44,291 nucleotides of DNA from Betaproteobacteria bacterium (GTDB lineage: Bacteria; Pseudomonadota; Gammaproteobacteria; Burkholderiales; SHXO01): contig JANNFC010000383.1 of assembly GCA_031379405.1 (NCBI GenBank), positions 1-44,291 of the forward strand, in the 5' to 3' direction. The notes under the pieces are model-generated. The model was not told the DNA's origin. It searched no databases and saw only the letters and a program-made list of their open reading frames with translations. Positions 31,181 to 39,300 of the stretch are shown here, piece after piece (position 1 is the first letter of the stretch; each line of letters starts with the position of its first letter). Position numbers and translations under genes: made by a program.

Positions 31181-31708
31181 TTACTTTTCGGCGAGTACCT
31201 TGAGGCTGGCAAGACCTTCCTCATACTTACCGCCGACCATCTTTTCCATGCTGAAGAACAGTGTCATCAGCTTCGAGATGTATGAGCTCGGGCCGTACAT
31301 GGCTTGTGTAACCGTTGTGGAGTCGTCGTGCCCCACTAGCGTGAATTCCACTGTGTTGTGTGCCTCAAATGGTTTCATGAAATCGAGTTTGAGCACGACT
31401 TTGGAAGTCGGCGTCGACTCCGTAATTTGCATGCGCCCCTGACCAACGTCCTTGTTGCCGTTCCATTCATACACCGCCCCGTTACCGCTCGTGGTTCCGC
31501 CGTAGGTGCGTTTTAGAGCGGGGTCGATCTTTTCCCAGGGTGACCACGCTTCCCACTTTCGGAAGTCGTTGATGAACGGGAAAATGATCGCCGGTGGCGC
31601 TTTGATGGTGATCGATCGCTCGATGCGAAATGAGTCGGGTTTAGTCGCGGCGTAAATGAGCACGGCACCAATTCCCACGACGACTACGATCGCGATTATC
31701 TGAATCAT
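31181..31708 (-). CDS. SRPBCC-family protein (polyketide-cyclase/START-like fold) with N-terminal membrane anchor
   Basis: The 175-aa protein has an N-terminal TM helix (IIAIVVVVGIGAVLIYAA). It continues PDSFRIERSITIKAPPAIIFPFINDFRKWEAWSPWEKIDPALKRTY...GRMQITES...KLDFMKPFEAHNTVEF, which matches a widespread SRPBCC subfamily from memory. Confidence 0.75.
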   Translation of the reverse strand: MIQIIAIVVVVGIGAVLIYAATKPDSFRIERSITIKAPPAIIFPFINDFRKWEAWSPWEKIDPALKRTYGGTTSGNGAVYEWNGNKDVGQGRMQITESTPTSKVVLKLDFMKPFEAHNTVEFTLVGHDDSTTVTQAMYGPSSYISKLMTLFFSMEKMVGGKYEEGLASLKVLAEK

Positions 31709-31747
31709 TCATCCCTCCAGTACTGTGATGATGTGGCGCAGCAGCGG

Positions 31748-32215
31748 TCAGCCGCCTATGTTCTGTATAGCCTGCAGCATCTCTTCCGAGCTCACATCTC
31801 GAATATGCGTGGCAACCGACCAGTGATGCCCAAACGGGTCTTCGAGTTTGCAATAGCGATCACCCCAGAACATGTCATCGAGAGGCATCGTAATCTTCGC
31901 GCCGGCACTGACCGCGAGGGCGACAAATGCATCGACATCTTCGACGTAGAGATGGACGGTGACCGGCGATCCTTTAAGTGATTTCGGGCCCAGCGTGCCC
32001 CAGTCGAGAAATTCGTCAGCCAGCATGACTGCCGAACCACCGATCCGGATCATGGCATGCATGAGTTTGCCCTGCGGGCCAGGCAGTCGCGCCACTTCCG
32101 TGGCGTTGAACGCTTTCTTGTAGAACTCAATGGCGGCGGCGGCGCCGGCGCAAACCAGATGGGGTGTTACCGAGTGCATTCCGTCTGGAATGGGCTTTAC
32201 TTGTGACTTGGTCAT
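31748..32215 (-). CDS. VOC-family (glyoxalase/bleomycin-resistance, PhnB-like) protein
   Basis: HSVTPHLVCAGAAAAIEFYKKAFNA....MHAMIRIGGSAVMLADEF.....VTVHLYVEDVDAFV...MFWGDRYCKLEDPFGHHWSVAT is the PhnB-like pattern. I chose the start at ATG 32215, 8 nt after an AGGAG; the ORF track begins at GTG 32239. Confidence 0.78.
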   Translation of the reverse strand: MTKSQVKPIPDGMHSVTPHLVCAGAAAAIEFYKKAFNATEVARLPGPQGKLMHAMIRIGGSAVMLADEFLDWGTLGPKSLKGSPVTVHLYVEDVDAFVALAVSAGAKITMPLDDMFWGDRYCKLEDPFGHHWSVATHIRDVSSEEMLQAIQNIGG

Positions 32216-32354
32216 CGTCATTACTCCTAGTGGTTGCACGATACGACCTGGTATTTCTGCCGGCCATCGACCGGTCGGAGCCAGGTGTTACGTACTTAAC
32301 AGTCGAACAAGACGCCACAGAATCGACACATCCAACGGTTTTTTGCAAGCCGTC

Positions 32355-32930
32355 CTATTCGGTGGCGATCGCTTCGACCTGAATGCGAAGCGTCACGTCC
32401 ATCCTGAAGCCGTAGGGTTTGCCCGCGTCAAGGCCAAACTCATCGCGATTGAACGTGCCGAGCGCATCGGCACCGCACAATTCCCGCTTCAGCATCGGAT
32501 GAACAATGCACTTGAGCGAGTTGATCGTCAAGTTGACTGGCTTGGTCACGCCGTGCAGTGTGAGCTCGCCGATGATCCGCGACGGTGACCCGTTCGACAT
32601 TCCGTCGAATTTTCCCTTGTACGTGGTCTGTGGGTACTGCGCGATGTCGAAGAACTCTGAACTCGTTGCCCAACTGTTCAACTTGTCGTGACCGAAATCG
32701 ATGCTGGCCAGCTCCAGCGCGACATCCACGGTTCCCTGCCCAGTCGCCTTATCCAACGTCACTTTACCCGCGGACTTGTTGAGTTTGCCGCGCCACATGG
32801 ACACGCCCATATGATCTGCTTCAAAGCTGGGAAAAGTATGCTCCGGATCGATGACGTAGTTGACTGGTGCCGCGACGGTGGTGCCGCTCAAGAGTACCGC
32901 GAAGATTGCAAGTGCGAAATTGAATTTCAT
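32355..32930 (-). CDS. YceI-family periplasmic (polyisoprenoid-binding) protein
   Basis: The 191-aa protein has a signal peptide (MKFNFALAIFAVLLSGTTVAAP). YVIDPEHTFPSFEADHMGVSMWRGKLNK..G.V and GELTLHGVTKPVNL are typical YceI motifs. Confidence 0.85.
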   Translation of the reverse strand: MKFNFALAIFAVLLSGTTVAAPVNYVIDPEHTFPSFEADHMGVSMWRGKLNKSAGKVTLDKATGQGTVDVALELASIDFGHDKLNSWATSSEFFDIAQYPQTTYKGKFDGMSNGSPSRIIGELTLHGVTKPVNLTINSLKCIVHPMLKRELCGADALGTFNRDEFGLDAGKPYGFRMDVTLRIQVEAIATE

Positions 32931-33002
32931 CTGAAGTTCCCTCTTGGTTCTTTCAAAGGCGATGCGACGCGGACGATTGCTGTGTGTTCAGTGTTCTGCC
33001 TG

Positions 33003-33170
33003 TCACACGAACAGATTCGAAATCTCGATCACCGGCCGTGGATTGGTACCGAGAACCTGGCCATCGATCTTGATACCATGCGCCAACTGCGTGGACTCCA
33101 CGTAACACGGTTGGTGCTCGGTCTCGCTGAGCACAGTTTCGTCCAAGTAGATAAGCAGCATATGTTTCAT
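33003..33170 (-). pseudogene. Possible second YCII-like N-terminal fragment (55 codons)
   Basis: This is my own translation and is below the ORF-track cutoff. AAGGA-N6-ATG is followed by MKHMLLIYLDETVLSETEHQPCYVESTQLAHGIKIDGQVLGTNPRPVIEISNLFV*. The first ~35 aa resemble the YCII-family N-terminus (MKYxxLIYxDE...C). The length is about half a normal domain. Confidence 0.35.
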
Positions 33171-33226
33171 AGGTGTCCTTCCATGTGACAGTCGACTGGC
33201 GAGTACGAAGTCCCATCGTATTCCGC

Positions 33227-34751
33227 TTACTTGCGCATGGCACGATCAGGGCCGAGATCTGGTATCGCTGCAGCCGCGGCATGACCATCCGCTCGTCGCA
33301 GCATGACTGCAGCCAAAATTAACGCGCCAATCATGGCTGCGGCGGCGATTGCGGCGGTGAGTTGCATTCCTTGGATAAATACGCCACGCGCCACCTCAAG
33401 CAGCGCTGCACCAACGGGCCCGGGCAATTGCGCGGCCGTCACAGTGGCGGCACTCAGCGTGCCGCGCGCTGCCTCCATCATTTCAGGGGCACGCCATCGG
33501 GTGCGACGCCGGACATTCCGACACGGTAAATGGCGGTGCCGATACTGCCGAAAATCGCGATGCCCAGGGCTCCGCCAAATTCCGAACTGGTCTCCGAGAT
33601 TGCAGATGCGGCCCCGGCCCGCTCGGGTGGCGCAGCCCCGATGACTAAATCGGTGGCCAGTGTAAATACCGGTGCGAGCCCAAGCGATAAAATGATGGTT
33701 CCGCTCAAGATCACACCAAGACCCGAGGCGGAACCCACCTGGGTGAGCAGCGCGAAGCCCACAGCCGTTGCTGCCACGCCGGTAGCCACTATAACGGGCG
33801 GTCGACGCCTGCGCACTAAGGCCGGAGTGAGCATCGAACCGACGGCGAACGCCAATGACCAGGGCACCATCCACAATCCAGCCACCAAGGGGGAGAGCCC
33901 GAGCACCAGTTGCAAGTACTGGGCGATAAAGATGTAGAACCCGAACATCACGAAGCAAACCAACATAAAAGTAGCTAACGCGGCGCTAAAGTTCGGCATT
34001 CGAAGCAACCGGAGGTCAATCAGCGGATCGATCAGGTGCGATTGCCTGCGCACGAAGGCGACTCCGAATGCAACGCCGATCAGAATGCTTGCGGCGGGCG
34101 CCCACGCCAAACCATCTTCGGCAATGCGCTTGAGTCCGTAGATCACGGCGAGCACCGCGAGCAACGACAGTGCCGCGCTGAACAAGTCCAAGGGTCCCGC
34201 GTTGGAATCGCGGTACTCCGGCAACAACATGGGACCCAGCACCAGCAAAAGCACCATCACGGGCACATTGATCAAAAAAACCGAGCTCCACCAAAAATAT
34301 TGGAGTAACAGCCCGCCGATCAACGGTCCGATCGCCCCGCCCACCGAGTAGCTGGAAATCCAGATGCCAATGGCGATGATGCGTTCGCCGGGGTCGTGGA
34401 ACATGCTGCGTATCAATGACAAAGTAGACGGTGCCAGTGTTGCCCCGGCGATGCCAAGCAGCGCGCGCGTAGCGATCAGCATGACCGCGTTGGTCGAGAA
34501 CGCTGCCATTACTGACGCAATGCCGAATGTCGCCGCGCCAAGCAACAACAGCTTTCGCCGTCCGATTCGATCGCCCAGTGTACCCATGGTGATGAGCATG
34601 CCAGCCACCATGAAGCCATAGATATCGACGATCCAAAGTAGTTGCGACGCGCTGGGCTTCAGATCCGCCGAAAGCGCCGGCACCGCGAGGTTCAGCACGG
34701 TCAGGTCCACTCGCGGCGGCTCGCCTTGGCGCCTGCCGGAGGGACAGTCAT
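33227..34751 (-). pseudogene. DHA2-type (14-TMS-like) MFS transporter, disrupted
   Basis: The 410-aa ORF (33478-34710) is clearly MFS (LDLTVLNLAVPALS, GTLGDRIGRRK) but lacks TM1. A separate-frame ATG at 34751 encodes MTVPPAGAKASRREWT*, a plausible original N-terminus. The last TM segments (PEMMEAARGTL...AAMIGALILAAVMLRR) lie in another frame, in the 3' part of ORF 33227-33958. The frame switch sits at the G4/C4 run at 33486-33489. Confidence 0.75.
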
Positions 34752-34911
34752 GCCGTTATCTTCCGTTCCGAACACAAGTACTTCACCGCTCTCACCCCCG
34801 ATTTATCTCGCAAAGTTCCTCACATCCTATAGTCGATCGTCCTCAGTCGAAATCGACATCAGACCTAAGTTAATCTTTCTCGATATCGTTGGGAACCAAT
34901 ATCTGCGTGGC

Positions 34912-35472
34912 TCATGGCGAATTTCGGAATACAAGTGTTGCCGAAATATCGACCTCGTTGTCAACGCGACCCTGGCCGTATGTCATACCCCATTTAGTGC
35001 GATCGATCGTAAGCTTGGCGCTTACCGTTATCCCTGTGTCGGTAGGGGCGATTTTGCAGGGTATGAACATGTCCACAACTTGATCGAGCATCGTTAGCTT
35101 CCCCCTAACGATTGCCGCGCCGTCATTGCCGATCCCGATGCTTGTCGCTTCGAATTGAATCTTGGGATAGCTCTTGACGTTAAAGAAATCGCGATTCTTT
35201 AGATGACCGGTCAGCCCGCCGTCATCGGACCAAAGACTTGTCGCATCGATATCGATCTTGAGATTACTCTTCGAAAAATTTCCCCACTCGATGTTTCCTT
35301 CTACCGAGAATGTCTTAAATCCGCCCTTGTGCGATCCGCCTGCTTTGCTGCCAATGAATTCGATTTTAGATTTTTCCTTTACGAGCACCGGGCTACCAGC
35401 TGCCATTGCGTAAAGCCATAAGCCAAGAAAGCCGGCTACTGCAAAAACTGAATTTCGAATGAAGAATTTCAA
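34912..35472 (-). CDS. YceI-like family protein (second, divergent copy)
   Basis: I take the start at TTG 35472, which is preceded by AAGGAG. It has an N-terminal hydrophobic signal or anchor (FIRNSVFAVAGFLGLWLYAMA). Motifs are SKIEFIGSK...GGFKTF, DATSLWSDDGGLTGHLKNRDFFNVKSYPKIQFE, VRGKLTM and IDRTKWGM. The local sequence is visibly more AT-rich than its surroundings. Confidence 0.7.
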   Translation of the reverse strand: MKFFIRNSVFAVAGFLGLWLYAMAAGSPVLVKEKSKIEFIGSKAGGSHKGGFKTFSVEGNIEWGNFSKSNLKIDIDATSLWSDDGGLTGHLKNRDFFNVKSYPKIQFEATSIGIGNDGAAIVRGKLTMLDQVVDMFIPCKIAPTDTGITVSAKLTIDRTKWGMTYGQGRVDNEVDISATLVFRNSP

Positions 35473-35616
35473 ACTTTTCTCCTTAAATTGAACGCGCGAC
35501 GCGCTTTTGCTTCGGATCTTAAGTCGATTTTCGTTGCACCAATCCCGAAAGCGGACTCTCGGTTTAAGTATCGCGCCCACTGGCTTTGCTGCATGCGCCC
35601 ACCATCCTATTGCATT

Positions 35617-35711
35617 GGGGTCAGGTCTATACTTGATAGTAATCTATCAAGTATAGACCTGACCCCTACTATTTTATTACTATCAAGTATAGACCTGACC
35701 CCTACTATTTT
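35617..35711. repeat. REP/REPIN-like cluster of the same family as the RAYT-flanking repeats
   Basis: GGGGTCAGGTCTATACTTGATAG (35617-35639) and its exact reverse complement CTATCAAGTATAGACCTGACCCC (35644-35666) are separated by TAAT, which forms a 23-bp perfect hairpin. A 32-bp unit CTATCAAGTATAGACCTGACCCCTACTATTTT is repeated directly at 35644 and 35680. The core differs from the RAYT-flanking copies by one base (GGTCT versus GATCT). Confidence 0.9.
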
Positions 35712-35721
35712 GAAAGGGCAC

Positions 35722-37311
35722 TTATCCTCGCAACTCGCGCACAGTCAAGAAAGCACTCCAAGTTGCCGACACGACGCCGAGCACGAGTGTGACAAGGAAC
35801 ACGGCATTGGCGCTCGAGCGGTAGATGTCCAGCATGGAGAGCCGCGCATCGCGAGAGAATTCCCCGGCGCGCAACACTACTTTCCTCGCCTTACCGTCCA
35901 GGCGCACTTGCAGTCCCGCTCCTTGTGGATCCAAATTGAGTTGTGTGATGGCGAACCTGGACAATTCCGTCAAGCCGATGAGGTCGCTCTTGGCGATGAC
36001 TATCGGCGCAATGGCGGGATGTTCAGGATAGGAGAGCGACCCGTCCACGATAAGTGTCGACTCCCACTTATCCTCCACCGACATATCGAGCAAGCTCACG
36101 TCCTTGATGGCAGTGCCGCCTTTGGGGAGCAACGCGAGCACCGCATCGCCGACGGTGCCGATCTTCAAAGTCAATCCGTTGGGCGCGCTCTCGATCTTTA
36201 TCTCCGGAGAGGAATCGCGCATCTGCGCCTCGTACACTGGATTGAGCCCGACCGCACCCAACTCTTTCGCCGCAGCGTGCTCAGTGAGAATTCGAATCGG
36301 AGCACTTACGATGGCCGCAGGCGAGAGCGACTGACCTTCCACTTTGACCAGCAGGCCGCGGCGCTTTCCGCGGCGCTCCAAGGTCACTACGCTATCAGGG
36401 TCCAACAGAAGCAAATCGAGCGTGCCGACAGATTTGGCGTCCTCCAATATCCCTGCTATCCGCACGGCCGGCTGCAGCGATTCGTCCGTCCCGGTGAAAG
36501 TCAGCTGTCCAGGCGCGCGCAACTCTCGCCACAATGCGGGCTTGCTGTGTTCCGGGGCGGCATCCAGTTTTTCCGCATCCACCACCCGCAAGCTCTTCGG
36601 TGACAGCGACACCGAGCGAAACTTCTCGATACCCAACTCGGAGAATCCCAACGTGTCCAGGATCGGCGCGCGATTCGCTCCACCCATGGTGAACTTAACT
36701 TTCTGTACGGTCAGGTCCAGTTGCACGTGGGTAGGCATCCGTACCTTCATCATCGCCACCGCGCCAAGGCCCATCACCACGGCCGGAAGCGCCAGTGTGC
36801 CGATGCGAAAGGCGATGCTGCGCCGCCAACGGTCGATGACCCAGTTGTGCCGCACGCTAAGCAAGGCCGGATGATCGCCTTGCAGTTCCAACGTACCGCC
36901 TTGACCACCGAACGCACGGCGCAGGCTCGTCACCAGTTGATCGAAACCCAAGTGCGAGTCCCCTGCTTTCCATTGCTTGAAGTCCGCCGTCTGAATGCGC
37001 CGGTACCCGAAGGGCAAGCGCACGTCCTCGATCATGACGGGGAACAAGGCTTTTTTTGCCAAGCCTTCGGAGGTCTCGTCTCTCACCCACTTGGACTTGA
37101 CGGAACGGCTGGACCACAGCACCACCACCGCTCGAGCCTGCTCGAGCTGCTTCTCCAATTCTTCGTCGAAGGCTTCGCCGGTGGGGATCTTTCTATCCCA
37201 CCACACGGAGAATCCTTGTTGCGTCAGCGCGTCGGCCAGCGACTTGGCCGTGGGCCGATCGTCGCTGGCGTAGCTGATGAAGATGTCCGTCACGCCGTTA
37301 AGGTGCGGCAA
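35722..37311 (-). CDS. TIR-domain protein with two widely spaced TM helices and an unrecognised central domain
   Basis: The 529-aa protein has residues ~8-135 resembling a bacterial TIR_2 domain (DIFISYASDDRPTAKSLADALTQQGFSVWWDRKIPTGEAF....ARAVVVLWSSRSVKSKWVRDE, candidate catalytic E79). A basic patch RWRRS precedes hydrophobic helix ~166-189 (IAFRIGTLALPAVVMGLGAVAMMK). Roughly 310 aa with no motif I recognise follow. A second hydrophobic helix spans ~503-524 (AVFLVTLVLGVVSATWSAFLTV), 5 residues from the C-terminus. Confidence 0.8.
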   Translation of the reverse strand: MPHLNGVTDIFISYASDDRPTAKSLADALTQQGFSVWWDRKIPTGEAFDEELEKQLEQARAVVVLWSSRSVKSKWVRDETSEGLAKKALFPVMIEDVRLPFGYRRIQTADFKQWKAGDSHLGFDQLVTSLRRAFGGQGGTLELQGDHPALLSVRHNWVIDRWRRSIAFRIGTLALPAVVMGLGAVAMMKVRMPTHVQLDLTVQKVKFTMGGANRAPILDTLGFSELGIEKFRSVSLSPKSLRVVDAEKLDAAPEHSKPALWRELRAPGQLTFTGTDESLQPAVRIAGILEDAKSVGTLDLLLLDPDSVVTLERRGKRRGLLVKVEGQSLSPAAIVSAPIRILTEHAAAKELGAVGLNPVYEAQMRDSSPEIKIESAPNGLTLKIGTVGDAVLALLPKGGTAIKDVSLLDMSVEDKWESTLIVDGSLSYPEHPAIAPIVIAKSDLIGLTELSRFAITQLNLDPQGAGLQVRLDGKARKVVLRAGEFSRDARLSMLDIYRSSANAVFLVTLVLGVVSATWSAFLTVRELRG

Positions 37312-38047
37312 TGATCGGTTGGTGATAGAAACTCACGGTTTGCGAGATCGCCTCGTTGGTATCCCGGAAGTATCCTTTCAATACGACGCGATAAGCGCCT
37401 TCCGGTGCCGGAGCTTCCGATAGATCCCATTTCACCGTGAACGGCCGACCACCCGGTTGTTGCTTGAAGGTTTGCGTCACAAGCGGCGTATCGCCGCCCT
37501 CCTTGAAAATCATCGCTGTTACTTTGCCGTCCTCACGCAAACGGAAAGTGAAGAGATACCCCTGCGCCCTGGCGGGAAGCTTGGATTGGTAGAACACCAC
37601 CGGTGCTACCTTCTCCAGCACACTGGGGCCGAATTTGCCCAAACGTGCGATGACACCCAGTTCCGTGGGCCTGAAATCTTTAAGCTGACTCAGCACGTCC
37701 TTGGTGGGCCATTCGAAGACATTGTCGTAACCCACTTTCCACGGCGCCCGTGGCTCCACCTTGTCGAGCCAGTAATAGTGTTTGTATTCCAGTTCGCGCA
37801 CGAACAGGAAGACCTCGGCGCGCTCCTTGAGAAAGAACTTCAGCCCGAGGCGCTCACCCAGCTTGGTCCAATCCTCCTTGTGATCCACCCGCGCGGACAG
37901 CAACTCTACGTCATAACCCGAGACGGGTTTCGGTTTGATGCCCTCGAAGCGATTGGACCGGCGCTGGTACTGCAACTCGTCCTGCGCCCAGGCCAATGCG
38001 AATACCAAAGCCAGACAGAAAGCCAACGCATGCGCTATTTTTTTCAT
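37298..38047 (-). CDS. Secreted hypothetical protein, co-transcribed with the TIR gene
   Basis: I take the start at ATG 38047 (MKKIAHALAFCLALVFALAWA|QDE, an AxA signal-peptidase I site). The ORF-track start at 38101 would add 18 non-signal residues. The protein is 249 aa with no family recognised. Its stop codon lies 14 nt inside the TIR CDS (overlap 37298-37311), which implies an operon or translational coupling. Confidence 0.7.
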   Translation of the reverse strand: MKKIAHALAFCLALVFALAWAQDELQYQRRSNRFEGIKPKPVSGYDVELLSARVDHKEDWTKLGERLGLKFFLKERAEVFLFVRELEYKHYYWLDKVEPRAPWKVGYDNVFEWPTKDVLSQLKDFRPTELGVIARLGKFGPSVLEKVAPVVFYQSKLPARAQGYLFTFRLREDGKVTAMIFKEGGDTPLVTQTFKQQPGGRPFTVKWDLSEAPAPEGAYRVVLKGYFRDTNEAISQTVSFYHQPIIAAP

Positions 38048-38109
38048 CGAACAACCCCAAGCGGTAGAATCGCCATCATAACCTGAACGAATCCCACGCA
38101 AACGAAAAC

Positions 38110-39300
38110 ATGTCCGGTCCTCTCGAAGGGGTGAAGATCCTCGATCTCACCTCCGTTGTCATGGGTCCATTCGCGACCCAAATCCTCGCCGAACTCGGCG
38201 CTGAAGTGCTCAAGATCGAATCCCACGACGGCGACAACATGCGCGACGTGGGGCCCATGCGCAGCCCGCACATGGGCCACCTGTTCATGAACTTGAATCG
38301 CGGCAAGCGCGCCATGGTGCTCGATCTTAAACAACCCGAAGGGCGCGAAGTCATCATGCGCCTGCTGCCCAAGATGGATGTGCTGATCTACAACGTACGC
38401 CCCTCCGCCATGGGACGCCTGGGACTTTCCTACGACGATGTGCGCGTGGTCAATCCGAAGATCATCTACGTCGGCACCTACGGTTACTCTCAGCGCGGTC
38501 CCAAGGCAGCTAAAGCGGCCTATGACGATCTCATCCAAGGTGCTTCCGGCTTGCCGGCAATCTCCATGGAAGAAGGTGGCGAGCCGCGTTACGCGCCGGT
38601 CAATCTAGCGGATCGCGTGACGGGATTGCATGCGGTCTATGCAGTCACCTCCGCGCTGTATTACCGCGAGCGCACCGGAAAAGGCCAAGCGGTCGAGGTA
38701 CCCATGTTCGAGAGTATTACCCACTTCGTGTTGGGCGATCACATCGCAGGCATGGGCTACGAACCGCCAATCGGTGGCACGGGTTATCTGCGCCTGCGCC
38801 ATCGCAAACCGTACGCCACCAAAGATGGCTACCTTTGCATTCTGGTGTACAACAACAAGCAGTGGAAAAGTTTTCTGGAGGCCATCGGGCAACTGGATAT
38901 CTTGCAGGACCCGCGCTTCGCCACCCATGCCAGCCGCGCCAATCATATCGACGAGGTATACGCCTATCTCACGCAAGTGTTCAAAACGAAGACCGGCGCC
39001 CAGTGGCTTCCCATTTTGGAAAAGGCCGATATTCCAGTCTCGCCTATGAACACGACCACCGACGTGATTAGCGATCCGCACCATGTCGCGACCGGTTTCT
39101 TCTCCATACAGGAACATCCGACGGAGGGAAAGATTCGCACTATGCGCACGCCGACGGATTGGTCGGAGTCTCCGCCTTCTTCAACGGGATTCGTTCCACG
39201 CCTGGGCGAACATTCCGCGGAGGTGTTGCGCGAGTTGGGATATGGCGAAGACGCCATTGCCGACTTGGCGCGGCGTCGCGTCACCCATGTGGTGGGCTGA
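38110..39300 (+). CDS. CaiB/BaiF family (class III) CoA-transferase
   Basis: The 396-aa protein begins PLEGVKILDLTSVVMGPFATQILAELGAEVLKIES and contains the catalytic-Asp region AYDDLIQGASG. Confidence 0.87.
   Translation: MSGPLEGVKILDLTSVVMGPFATQILAELGAEVLKIESHDGDNMRDVGPMRSPHMGHLFMNLNRGKRAMVLDLKQPEGREVIMRLLPKMDVLIYNVRPSAMGRLGLSYDDVRVVNPKIIYVGTYGYSQRGPKAAKAAYDDLIQGASGLPAISMEEGGEPRYAPVNLADRVTGLHAVYAVTSALYYRERTGKGQAVEVPMFESITHFVLGDHIAGMGYEPPIGGTGYLRLRHRKPYATKDGYLCILVYNNKQWKSFLEAIGQLDILQDPRFATHASRANHIDEVYAYLTQVFKTKTGAQWLPILEKADIPVSPMNTTTDVISDPHHVATGFFSIQEHPTEGKIRTMRTPTDWSESPPSSTGFVPRLGEHSAEVLRELGYGEDAIADLARRRVTHVVG

Noticed and set aside
32953-33288. A 111-aa minus-strand ORF between yceI and the MFS pseudogene.
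   Set aside because: It has no recognisable features, an Arg/Thr/Gln-rich odd composition and no RBS. It overlaps, in another frame, the better-supported 55-codon YCII-like stub that has an SD.
35617-35711. Whether the 36-bp-period direct repeat could be a mini-CRISPR array.
   Set aside because: There are only two direct copies, the 'spacer' is a 4-nt ATTA, and the unit includes an inverted third copy. The same sequence flanks the RAYT gene and no cas genes are present. It is REP/REPIN-type.
35488-36603. A 371-aa plus-strand ORF, with 36721-37314 (197 aa) and 37457-38086 (209 aa), opposite the TIR operon.
   Set aside because: They are antisense to CDSs with clear TIR and signal-peptide features. 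The N-terminus of the 371-aa ORF is a translation of the REP cluster (…SSIDLTPTIL twice), which shows it is non-coding read-through.
30871-38101. An intact ssrA-integrated genomic island or prophage.
   Set aside because: I could find no integrase or recombinase, no phage or conjugation genes, and no direct repeat of the ssrA 3' end. At most it is an eroded remnant, which is reported as a lower-confidence finding.
38048-38109. A possible -10 box TAGAAT (38065-38070) in the 62-bp divergent region between the TIR operon and the CoA-transferase gene.
   Set aside because: There is no convincing -35 at proper spacing on either strand, and a single hexamer match is expected by chance. I did not call it as a feature.
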